Positions 8,281 to 15,972 of a DNA stretch of 44,279 nt are shown piece after piece (positions within the stretch are counted from its first letter, which is position 1; the number at the start of each line of letters is the position of its first letter). Both the position numbers and the translations under genes were made by a program. The stretch is from NCBI GenBank assembly GCA_021828245.1, contig JAKASC010000001.1, forward strand, positions 1-44,279, written 5' to 3'. Origin of the DNA: Acidobacteriota bacterium (lineage in GTDB: Bacteria > Acidobacteriota > Terriglobia > UBA7540). Below the pieces are notes generated by a model. That model did not search any database, had not been told where the DNA came from, and saw nothing but the letters and a program-made list of their open reading frames with translations.

Positions 8281-10089
8281 GTGGCGGACCATCCCCTTCG
8301 ACCCAAAGCCGACGCCCTTCCCGCTCGCCCCGGCGTGTATATCTTCAAGGATGAAACCGGACAGCCCATCTACGTCGGCAAAGCCAAATCCCTCAAGTCC
8401 CGTGTCCGCTCTTACTTCCAGCCGGGCGACGAGAAGCACGAGCGCCTGCTCGACCTGGCGCGCGATCTTGAATTCATCTTGGTGGACAACGAGAAAGAGG
8501 CGTTGGCGCTTGAAAACAACCTCATCAAACAATTTAAGCCGCGCTATAACGTCCTGCTCCGCGACGACAAAACCTATCCCTACATCCAACTCACCTTGGG
8601 CGAGCGCTACCCCCGCGTCTATGTGACGCGGCGCCTCCGCAAAGACGGCTCTCGCTACTACGGCCCCTATTTTCCCGCGCGCCTTGCCTACCGCGTGGTG
8701 GATCTGATCCATCGCCGCTTTCTGATTCCTTCTTGCCGCGTGGACTTGACGCGCCCGCATCCCCGCCCTTGCCTTCAGTACTACATCCACCGCTGCCTCG
8801 GCCCGTGTGTGGCCGGCTTGACCACACCGGAGCGCTACGCCGAAGCTGTCCGCGACGTGCGGCTGCTGCTCGAAGGCCGGGAAAGCGACCTCATCCGCGA
8901 ACTCCACGAGCGCATGATGAAGGCGGCGGAGCTCGAGCATTTCGAGGAAGCGGCGCGCTACCGCGACCAACTTTCCACCATCGAGCAACTCCGCGAAAGA
9001 CAAAAAATGGCCGCAGCTTCCGGGGACGATTTCGATGTTTTTGGGTTCCACCGAGAAGCCTCGCAGATGGCCGTGAACCTTTTTCACCTGCGGGGCGGAC
9101 GCACCGTGGACCGCCGCGAATTTTTCTGGGAAGACTTGGAGGAACCCGATCTCGGCAACATCTTCTCCGCCTTGGTCCGCCAGGTGTATCTCGATCAACC
9201 CTATCTGCCGTCGGAAATCTACGTGCCCGCCGACTTCGACGATCGCCCCCTGCTCGAGGAAATGCTTAGCGACAAACGCGGACGCGCGGTGCGCATTGTC
9301 CCCCCGGAAGCCGGCCGCCGGCGCGCGCTCTTGGAACTCGTCGCTCGCAATGCCCGCCACTCCTTTGACCGCCGCTTCCGCGTCCTCAAGCCACCCAGCC
9401 GCGAAATGATTGAGGCCCTGACGGAGGCGCTCGATTTGCCCTCTCCCCCGCGCCGCATTGAAGCCTTTGATGTGTCGCATCTTCAGGGCAGCGAAACCGT
9501 CGCCTCGATGGTGGTGTGGGAAAGAGACCGCATGGAAAAATCGGCGTATCGCAAATTCATCATCAAAACCGTCCCGCAAAACGACGACTTTGCCAGCCTC
9601 AAGGAAGCCGTGGGACGGCGCTATCGCCGCCTGCTCGGCGAAAAAAAGCATCTGCCCGATTTGATTCTGATTGACGGCGGCATCGGGCAACTCCATGCCG
9701 CGGCAGAGGCTCTGAATAATCTGGAGATTATCAATCAACCGCTCGCCAGCATCGCCAAAAAAGAGGAAATCATCTATGTTTATGGCCGCGAAAATGAACC
9801 GGTCGTCCTCGACCGGCATTCGCCCGCGCTCCACCTGATTCAGCAAATCCGCGACGAAGCCCATCGCTTCGCCATCAGCTTCCATCGCTCTCGCCGGAAT
9901 CGCCAAACCTTGACCACCGAGCTGGTTGCCATCCCGGGCATCGGCTCGCGCACCGCCCAGCGGCTGCTGGAGCACTTCGGCAGCCTGGACAGGGTTAAGG
10001 AATTATCCAAGGACGAGTTGTGCCAAGTGGTCACTCAAAATCAAGCGGAGAATATCGTTTCCTATTTCCATCGTCACGCGGCTGGATAA
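8281..10089 (+). CDS. uvrC: excinuclease ABC subunit C
   Basis: GIY-YIG N-terminus (PGVYIFKDETGQPIYVGKAKSLKSRVRSY...LENNLIKQFKPRYN), a UVR domain (EHFEEAARYRDQL), an RNase H-like endonuclease domain and a C-terminal (HhH)2 (IPGIGSRTAQRLLEHFGS). Confidence 0.95.
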   Translation: MADHPLRPKADALPARPGVYIFKDETGQPIYVGKAKSLKSRVRSYFQPGDEKHERLLDLARDLEFILVDNEKEALALENNLIKQFKPRYNVLLRDDKTYPYIQLTLGERYPRVYVTRRLRKDGSRYYGPYFPARLAYRVVDLIHRRFLIPSCRVDLTRPHPRPCLQYYIHRCLGPCVAGLTTPERYAEAVRDVRLLLEGRESDLIRELHERMMKAAELEHFEEAARYRDQLSTIEQLRERQKMAAASGDDFDVFGFHREASQMAVNLFHLRGGRTVDRREFFWEDLEEPDLGNIFSALVRQVYLDQPYLPSEIYVPADFDDRPLLEEMLSDKRGRAVRIVPPEAGRRRALLELVARNARHSFDRRFRVLKPPSREMIEALTEALDLPSPPRRIEAFDVSHLQGSETVASMVVWERDRMEKSAYRKFIIKTVPQNDDFASLKEAVGRRYRRLLGEKKHLPDLILIDGGIGQLHAAAEALNNLEIINQPLASIAKKEEIIYVYGRENEPVVLDRHSPALHLIQQIRDEAHRFAISFHRSRRNRQTLTTELVAIPGIGSRTAQRLLEHFGSLDRVKELSKDELCQVVTQNQAENIVSYFHRHAAG

Positions 10090-10139
10090 TATATAGACCG
10101 GTTGGACGGTATAACAATAATCCATTCTTAAACAAAGAC

Positions 10140-10168
10140 TTGACAATCCTGTAAAGCCGTGATTTAAT
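10140..10168 (+). promoter_or_regulatory. sigma70-like promoter (TTGACA-17 nt-TTTAAT) heading a ~360-nt leader before ytxH-like gene
   Basis: TTGACA at 10140-10145, a 17-nt spacer, then TTTAAT at 10163-10168, in an AT-rich patch of an otherwise GC-rich intergenic region. Confidence 0.35.
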
Positions 10169-10534
10169 GTGACGTGGAGTGGTCATTTAGTGCTGTCGCA
10201 AGAACAGCCGGCTGGGTTGCCAGGCACGCTACGCGCCAGGGGGCCGGGAGGGCCGGCCGAGGGTGAGCAAGGAGGCTCCATGATTGACCTTGCGAGACGT
10301 GAGGTCATGTTGCTTAGGCAGGGGCCAAATCCCAATCGGCCAATACGCCAAGCAACTCGTGGAATTTGAAGCATGAAGCTGGGGACACTGGCGAGGTTTT
10401 TGGGGGGAGAATTTAGTCGTCGGGTCAGGTCTGGGTAGGGAGGGCCGAACTTTACGATTCCTGGCTAGCATCACGCTGGGACAGCAAGGGGATCGCAGCC
10501 GGAGGAGAAAAAACGCATTCTCGCGGAGGTCACC

Positions 10535-10831
10535 ATGAGTGAAGATAATGGCAGTTCCAAGTTCGCATTCTTTTTGGCGGGAGCGGGCATCGGCGCCATT
10601 TTGGCGCTCCTGTTTGCGCCGAGGTCGGGAAAGGAGACGCGCGACTATCTTTCGCAAAGAGCGGGCGAAGGGCGCGACCTGATTTCGGCCAAAGGGCGCG
10701 AGTATCGCCGTCAAGCCGGAGAGTATGTTGACAAGGCCAAGGATGTGGTGGCCAAGCAAAAAGAGCAGCTCTCGGCGGCGCTCGAAGCCGGCAAGCAGGC
10801 TTATCAGGAAGAAAAAACGAAGTCGCACTGA
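10535..10831 (+). CDS. YtxH domain-containing protein
   Basis: FLAGAGIGAILALLFAPRSGKETRDYL is the YtxH signature: an N-terminal TM helix followed by a charged helical tail. GGAGG lies upstream of the ATG. Confidence 0.8.
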   Translation: MSEDNGSSKFAFFLAGAGIGAILALLFAPRSGKETRDYLSQRAGEGRDLISAKGREYRRQAGEYVDKAKDVVAKQKEQLSAALEAGKQAYQEEKTKSH

Positions 10832-10873
10832 GGCGGCGGACGGCAGGCGCTTCGGACAGGGAGGGATGGAACG

Positions 10874-11386
10874 ATGGGGCACGATGCTTTGCTGACCTTG
10901 TTTATTGCGATCGCCGCGGCGGCGATTGCCCTCCAAGCCGCCGCCCTGTGGGGCATCTATCGGGTTGCCGAGCAAATTCAAAAGGAAATCCGGCAGAGCC
11001 GCGAGAACCTGCGCGAGCAATTCGGCCCGCTGGCGCAATCCCTCACGGAAATCCTCGCCGACTCGCGTCAGCCGTTGGCGGCTGTGACCGGCAATCTTGC
11101 CGAGGCCAGCCGCGTCTTGCGGGAGCGCGTGGCCTCGATAGACTCGCTCGCCGGCGAGCTCGCCGAGCGAACTCGCCTGGAGATGAGCCGCGTGGATCAG
11201 GCCATCACCGATATCCTGGAAAAGGTTGACACTACCACCACCCTGATTCAGAAAAGCATCGTGGCGCCCATCGCGGAAATCTCCGCGCTGGTCAAAGGGA
11301 TTCGTTCGGGGCTTGGGTTTCTGTTTTCCCGCCGGCCCGCTTCAGCAACCCGCGACACGACCTCAGACGACCCCATGTTTATTTAG
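10874..11386 (+). CDS. membrane-anchored coiled-coil protein (DUF948-like)
   Basis: One N-terminal TM helix (LLTLFIAIAAAAIALQAAALWGIY) followed by long helical repeats. Pairing with a YtxH gene is the usual DUF948 context. The family assignment is from memory only. Confidence 0.5.
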   Translation: MGHDALLTLFIAIAAAAIALQAAALWGIYRVAEQIQKEIRQSRENLREQFGPLAQSLTEILADSRQPLAAVTGNLAEASRVLRERVASIDSLAGELAERTRLEMSRVDQAITDILEKVDTTTTLIQKSIVAPIAEISALVKGIRSGLGFLFSRRPASATRDTTSDDPMFI

Positions 11387-11670
11387 CCCTCATTTTCCCA
11401 AGGCACGATTGTTTTGAAATGTGAAACGCTGCGCCGGCCGGCTCTCGGCACCTACCGCAAGACGCCCGACTTCAATCGGGCTTTTCGCGCCCGGCTCGGC
11501 GTCGCGCTCTTGAAGTGGCGCCGTAGCACCTTCCGCAAACACGTCGGCTTGACTCCGCCGGGCCGAGTGCTAAACTCGGCGTCATAGGTAGGCAATCAAA
11601 CGAAATGCCAGGAGGTCCGCTGATGAGCCTCTCGGGTAAGGGGCTGCGGAAAAGCCTGGGGCACGGCTCG

Positions 11671-11735
11671 CCGCTAATCACATACCAAGAGCCGCAAAGG
11701 AAGCCAAACTGCGGCTACCTTTGCGCTACCCCGCT
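11671..11735 (+). repeat. 65-bp direct repeat A, copy 1 (left border of island)
   Basis: ccgctaatcacataccaagagccgcaaaggaagccaaactgcggctacctttgcgctaccccgct matches 17281-17345 at 61/65 positions in the same orientation, at an offset of exactly 5610 bp. Confidence 0.9.
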
Positions 11736-11792
11736 CCACAGCGGTGGTCGCCGCCTGATGCCCAAAAGAAACGTTTCCTCCGCCTCCAAAGG

Positions 11793-11816
11793 AAAAAAAC
11801 TCTTGGTGTCCAAGAG
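11793..11816 (-). terminator. Rho-independent terminator of the SNF2 gene
   Basis: The minus strand reads CTCTTGG-aca-CCAAGAG followed by TTTTTTT (plus strand: A7 at 11793-11799, hairpin at 11800-11816). It lies 55 nt downstream of the SNF2 stop. Confidence 0.65.
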
Positions 11817-11871
11817 AGAATCCACTTGCCTCAACAAGGACGGACCATCGGTTACCGTGCATGCATTTAGT

Positions 11872-14370
11872 TCAGCCCGGTGGGGCGGCGAAGAGGGCGA
11901 GCAGCTCCTCTTTGGAAACTTCCTTGCGAAGGTCGTCGACTTCAACCACGCTGTCGAATAGATCCTTCTTCTTTTCGAGGAGTTCGCCTATGCGCTCTTC
12001 AATCGTTCCAAGAGTGTGAATCCGAAATACCTTCACAGCTTTTGTCTGGCCGATTCGGTGAACTCGGTCAGTTGCTTGATCCTCAACGGCGGGATTCCAC
12101 CATCTGTCGTAATGGACAACACAATTGGCTTCCGTCAGGGTCATGCCGAGTCCGCCAGCACCAAGGCTGATTAGAAAGAAGGAAGCCTCGCCCTTTTGGA
12201 ATCGATTCTTGAGTTCCGCTCTTTGGGCTACAGGCGTCGCCCCGTCTAGGTAGAGATAGGGGAGCTTGCGGTCTTCGAGAACCTTACGCAGAATCTGCAA
12301 CATCTCAGTGAACTGACTGAACACCAGAGCCTTTTCGCCCCCCTCAATTATCTCTTCGAGGATTTCCACAAAGGCTTCCAGCTTCCCTGACCGTTGGTAT
12401 ATCGTTTCATAATTCTTCTTGACTAGTGCGGGATGGCAACAGATCTGCTTGAGTCTCAAAATCGCGGTGAGTATCGAGGTGTCGATTTTGACCATGCTTC
12501 CGGGGAGGCGCTTAATCCTATCCCGTTCGGAAGCGGCATACGCTTTGTAAAGGTGCGCTTGTTCGGGAGTCAGTTCGCAATAACGGTCGAGTTGGATTTT
12601 CTCGGGAAGTTCGGATTCCACTTGGCTTTTTAGCCGACGAAGTTTGAAGGGAGCGATCTTCTTCTTAAGCGCTTCCACTGCGGTCCTGCTGCCCTCCTTC
12701 ATTATTGGAATTTCGAAGTTCGACCTAAATTGGGTCGCGGACCCCAAATAGGACGGCATCAAGAAATCGTAGAGGGACCAAAGCTCGCTCAATCTGTTTT
12801 CGATTGGCGTGCCCGTGAGGGCAAGTTTATGCTTCGCAACCAGCCTCTTGCAAGCCTTCGCGGTCGCAGTCTCGTGGTTCTTGATCTTCTGTGCCTCATC
12901 CAAGATCACGTAGTCCCAAACGATTTTTGAGAGACTCTCCACATCGTTGAGAACGGTCGTATAGGTTGTAAGTAGGGCGTCATAATGCTTAAACCCTGAA
13001 AGGAGCTTGTCTCGGCCCGGTCCGATATAACGCTTAACCCTGAAATCAAGGACTGACCGCCTGAACTTGGAAAAATCCTCCTCCCACGTGCTCAAGACGC
13101 TCGGTGGACATACGATCAACGATGTTCCTGGGTGTGCCTCGGACTGGGCGCATAGCAGGCAAACAATTGTCTGCACGGTCTTGCCGAGGCCCATTTCGTC
13201 AGCAAGGACTCCATTCAGTCCGTATTTCCTAAGAAAGCAGAGCCAGTCGTGTCCGTACTTTTGGTATTGACGGAGTTGACCTTGGAGGGTGTCCGGTATG
13301 GGACACTCATCAATTTTGGAAAATTCTGCGAGGCCCTGCACGAATTTAGCGTAAGCCTCGGACATATTGATGGTGCCGACTGAGGCGAGGAGCGATTGGA
13401 CCTCGGAGAAATTGCGCGTCGGAGTCCTGAATTGCTCATCAACATCTTCGACCTCTGGAACCTCCTTGATCTTGTGGGAGACCCGCGCGTGGGTTTCATT
13501 ATCGACCTTGATCCACGATTGCTCACGACGGATGAATTGTTGGCCCGTCGGGAGGTTGGCGACTTCGCTGTATGGCAACTTGAACCGTTCGGCTTCGTAT
13601 CGGACATCAAACCAGATCCACGGACCGTCCACGTGCAGTGAAACCTTTGGCTGAAATGAATCCGTCACAACCCTCTGCGCTTCGAGCCTCGGGTCTATGT
13701 GAACGTGGTGCTCAGCCCGCAATTTCTGAAGGTCATAAAGCAGGAAGAGAGGGATCTGGTCACCCGTGAGCGTGGATGTGCCGAGTTCATTAGAGAGGAT
13801 TGCGTACTTCTTTTCTTCTGGCTTGCGGTAAAAGCCCTTTGGCGCGTGGATGAATTTGGACCCTTCTAGAAACTTGGCCTCACCCTTCTTGTCGATCCGG
13901 GTAGAGAGGTCAGGGTCCACAAGCGAAGTCCTGACCTCGACCCGGTCTCCTTCCAAATTTACGTCGCGGGCATATTCGAGGGGCCGACTGTCGACTTTTA
14001 CTCCCTCTGCTTGCAGTGTGAATGCCGTGGCCGCCTTCGCTCGCAGGTAGAGGAGGATTTCAGGAACGTCTTTTTCGTGGAACTTAAAGCCGCGAGTCGG
14101 GTCGAAAACCGGGTCCCATTCCGCCAAGTGTCTGAGGGTCTGTCGGTTCTTTTGGGCGACCTTGAAATACCGCCCTCCGACCTTCACCCGTCGAGGAATG
14201 GTATTCAAATCGGTCAAGCGGTACGCTGCGTCTCGGTGAGAGAGATGCACATCCACATATAGGAATTCGGCGCCTTGAGAGACATCCACCTTAAGGTTGA
14301 TGTCACGAGTACCGGGGAACAACCGGGAGAAGGCAGCGACAACTCTGCTTCGAAGTGATCTCATTGCCAC
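11872..14370 (-). CDS. SNF2-family DEAD/DEAH-box helicase/translocase with ~350-aa N-terminal accessory domain
   Basis: SNF2_N motifs: LADEMGLGKTVQ (motif I), ILDEAQKIKN (DEAQ box, motif II), LALTGTPIENRLSELWSLYDF (motif III). Helicase_C motifs: ALVFSQFTEML, FLISLGAGGLGMTLTEAN, DRWWNPAVEDQATDRVHRIGQ. The N-terminal 350 aa has no motif I can name and may be a bacterial SNF2-associated domain. The start is GTG 14370 or ATG 14364, with no obvious SD. Confidence 0.9.
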   Translation of the reverse strand: MAMRSLRSRVVAAFSRLFPGTRDINLKVDVSQGAEFLYVDVHLSHRDAAYRLTDLNTIPRRVKVGGRYFKVAQKNRQTLRHLAEWDPVFDPTRGFKFHEKDVPEILLYLRAKAATAFTLQAEGVKVDSRPLEYARDVNLEGDRVEVRTSLVDPDLSTRIDKKGEAKFLEGSKFIHAPKGFYRKPEEKKYAILSNELGTSTLTGDQIPLFLLYDLQKLRAEHHVHIDPRLEAQRVVTDSFQPKVSLHVDGPWIWFDVRYEAERFKLPYSEVANLPTGQQFIRREQSWIKVDNETHARVSHKIKEVPEVEDVDEQFRTPTRNFSEVQSLLASVGTINMSEAYAKFVQGLAEFSKIDECPIPDTLQGQLRQYQKYGHDWLCFLRKYGLNGVLADEMGLGKTVQTIVCLLCAQSEAHPGTSLIVCPPSVLSTWEEDFSKFRRSVLDFRVKRYIGPGRDKLLSGFKHYDALLTTYTTVLNDVESLSKIVWDYVILDEAQKIKNHETATAKACKRLVAKHKLALTGTPIENRLSELWSLYDFLMPSYLGSATQFRSNFEIPIMKEGSRTAVEALKKKIAPFKLRRLKSQVESELPEKIQLDRYCELTPEQAHLYKAYAASERDRIKRLPGSMVKIDTSILTAILRLKQICCHPALVKKNYETIYQRSGKLEAFVEILEEIIEGGEKALVFSQFTEMLQILRKVLEDRKLPYLYLDGATPVAQRAELKNRFQKGEASFFLISLGAGGLGMTLTEANCVVHYDRWWNPAVEDQATDRVHRIGQTKAVKVFRIHTLGTIEERIGELLEKKKDLFDSVVEVDDLRKEVSKEELLALFAAPPG

Positions 14371-14414
14371 GGTAGTTGGGTTGCCGGCAAGAGCATGCCC
14401 ATTGCCGGTAGCAG

Positions 14415-14443
14415 ATTATACGGCAAAGGATCCGCTTTTGTTA
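14415..14443 (-). promoter_or_regulatory. candidate promoter of the SNF2 gene (TAACAA-17 nt-TATAAT on minus strand)
   Basis: On the minus strand, TATAAT lies at 14420-14415 and TAACAA at 14443-14438 with a 17-nt spacer, about 45 nt upstream of the start codon. Confidence 0.4.
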
Positions 14444-14484
14444 CCTAGCTTTAAGTCGTCTCGGACAGCGCCATGCGCTTTACT

Positions 14485-14715
14485 AGCAGGTAGATACAAG
14501 CGCAGAGGCGCGCGTCCTAGGCGCTTCTGTGCGGCGTTTGCGGCGTCGGCGACGGCAATCAGACGTTGGAAAACAATGGACCACAACCAGGTCAACGGCC
14601 GCAAGGGTTGAACGGCCCGGCGCGTGGCGCGGAGGTGGGGAGTGTGAAACTCTGCGGCTCTTTCCGGCGGGCACCGGCCCGAGCCGCAGAGGTTGCGCCG
14701 CGCAACCTCTGCGCT
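14485..14715 (+). repeat. ~225-bp direct repeat B, copy 1 (between methyltransferase stop and SNF2 promoter)
   Basis: Aligns with 16925-17148 in the same orientation, with about 14 substitutions and one 7-nt indel (roughly 93% identity by hand alignment). It ends in a 14-bp perfect hairpin at 14685-14713. Confidence 0.9.
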
Positions 14716-14781
14716 TGTATCTTAACTTCGTTGTGTTCAGAATCCTTCTGACGAAGGGTTGGGTTCGGCGGGAAGGCCGAT

Positions 14782-15972
14782 CTACCCCGCTGCGGGGCGC
14801 GCCTCTCCAGCGGGGTTGCGAGCGAGCTTTCTGATGAGGAGGATGGTTTCGTGCTTGGTGGTCTGCGTTCTTCTTCGGGCGCGGCGTGCGTCGGGAATCT
14901 CATCCACCAGCAACTTCTCGGCCGATGCGCAGCGATGGTAGAGGCTCCGAACGGTTTCCGCGAGCGTTGAGGCGGAGTCTCGGCGACGGCCGTCCCTGTG
15001 GTAGTCTCCCAGGACCAAGACAGCGCACTTGCCCGGCTTGAGCAGCCGCAGCATTTCGCCCAAGGCCAGGGTCATTTGCGGGACGTACACCCGCTCGCTG
15101 GAGGTTAGCCCCGCATCAATCTCCCGATAATCCTCTACGCCCAAAAACCAAAGCCTTAGCCTGTTGTCGCGGCCATAATCCAGCGCCCCGTAGTAGGGGG
15201 GGCTGGAAATAACGGCATCAACGGAGTTGTCCGCGAGCGGCAGGGACATGGCATTCTCGTGCAGCACAACGCGGTTCAGGTCCGGCCTGGGAGGTTCAAA
15301 CCTCCGATAGGCGCGCGCTATCTTTGCCAAGAACCGCGGCCGGACCGGCCGGTAGCAGTAGAGGTCAGGATATGCCGCCGGAGGGTATTTTTTAATCCGG
15401 AGGTACGGAACTAGGTGGCTGGCGGGATAGGAAAGGAAGCCGGGGCGGACATGGTGCAGAATGCCGAGAAGGCACGCTAGGAGGAAGTACTCCCGCCGGC
15501 GTTTCAGGACACTGGCCAAGGCCACAGCCTCCTGGAGGGTTTGAGGATGGAAAAACGCCCTGACCCACGCTGGCACTTCATCCACACTAACCTTTTCGTC
15601 GGCGGCCTGTTCGAGGCTCTGAAGAGCTCGTGCCGTCGCCTCGGCGTGCGTCGCGGGGGCCGACAGCTTCCCCATGGTCAAGACGTAGGCGTAAGGGTTA
15701 AGGTCATTGCCAATCGCATGGCGGCCACACAGGAGGGCCTCGAGGGGCACGACGCCCGACCCGCAAAAGGGGTCGAGCACCACGTCACCCTCACGGGTGA
15801 ACTCTTCGATGAGGGCACGAGCCATGCCGGATTTCATTTTTCCGACGTAGGGGGACAACTGGTGGATGGAGTTCTCCTTGGCATTGAAGCAGCCCTCCCA
15901 CAGAGACCCATCAATGCCGGCTCTCCCCGTGGCCGCGCTCGGCTGTTGAAATAGGCCTGGTTGCCTAAGCAT
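14782..15972 (-). CDS. alpha-class (X-I...TRD...IV order) N6-adenine/N4-cytosine DNA methyltransferase, SPPY type
   Basis: The AdoMet motif region is at the N-terminus: HQLSPYVGKMKSGMARALIEEFTREGDVVLDPFCGSGVVPLEALLCGRHAIGNDLNPYAY (motifs X and I). About 165 aa further on is the catalytic motif IV DAVISSPPYYGALDY, then MLRLLKPGKCAVLVLGD. ATG 15972 overlaps the upstream stop as ATGCTTAG. The longest track start is 15993. Confidence 0.85.
   Translation of the reverse strand: MLRQPGLFQQPSAATGRAGIDGSLWEGCFNAKENSIHQLSPYVGKMKSGMARALIEEFTREGDVVLDPFCGSGVVPLEALLCGRHAIGNDLNPYAYVLTMGKLSAPATHAEATARALQSLEQAADEKVSVDEVPAWVRAFFHPQTLQEAVALASVLKRRREYFLLACLLGILHHVRPGFLSYPASHLVPYLRIKKYPPAAYPDLYCYRPVRPRFLAKIARAYRRFEPPRPDLNRVVLHENAMSLPLADNSVDAVISSPPYYGALDYGRDNRLRLWFLGVEDYREIDAGLTSSERVYVPQMTLALGEMLRLLKPGKCAVLVLGDYHRDGRRRDSASTLAETVRSLYHRCASAEKLLVDEIPDARRARRRTQTTKHETILLIRKLARNPAGEARPAAG

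Noticed and set aside
8029-9975. Very long antisense ORFs opposite recognised genes. Examples: 8029-9975(-) opposite uvrC, 5107-6489(-) opposite GH97, 18037-19212(+) and 19606-20742(+) opposite the NamZ fusion, 26102-27238(-) opposite the P-type ATPase, 31323-32891(+) opposite sdhA, 33750-35057(+) and 34865-36526(+) opposite uppP and rnj, and 39513-40721(-) opposite the MetE-like gene.
   Set aside because: Their translations are Arg/Ala/Gly/Pro-rich low-complexity sequences with no recognisable motifs, while the opposite strand encodes well-conserved proteins. This is the classic high-GC shadow-ORF artefact.
11618-11660. Hammerhead-ribozyme-like CTGATGAG ... GAAA at 11621-11654 just upstream of repeat A1.
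   Set aside because: Stem II would have to close with C before GAAA, but the sequence reads GCGGAAAA. No convincing stems I or III or a cleavage-site UH could be drawn. CUGAUGA alone occurs by chance.
11387-11670. Possible known ncRNA gene (tmRNA, RNase P RNA, SRP RNA, 6S RNA) whose 3' end would be the island attachment site.
   Set aside because: I could not find the conserved cores: GGAAAGUCCGGGC for RNase P, GGUCCGGAAGGAAGCAGCC for SRP, or a tRNA-like TpsiC/ACCA end for tmRNA. 6S RNA cannot be excluded by eye, so this is left untested rather than claimed.
11686-11735. Group II intron domain V-like AGCCGCA...TGCGGCT hairpin inside repeat A.
   Set aside because: The loop is 13 nt without the bulged two-helix and GNRA-tetraloop architecture of domain V. 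There is no GUGYG 5' end, no domain VI and no reverse transcriptase/maturase ORF nearby.
14529-14834. Conserved small ORFs inside the B repeats. Examples: 14529-14834(+) and 16962-17153(+), both reading ..RRRRQSDVGKQWT.TRSTAARVERPGAWRG..; also minus-strand ORFs 14416-14604 and 16669-17028.
   Set aside because: The conservation is explained by nucleotide identity of the repeats. Of about 12 substitutions in the + frame only about 5 are synonymous third-position changes, close to the random expectation. There is no SD, the peptides are Arg-rich and low-complexity, and the ORFs extend differently into unique flanks.
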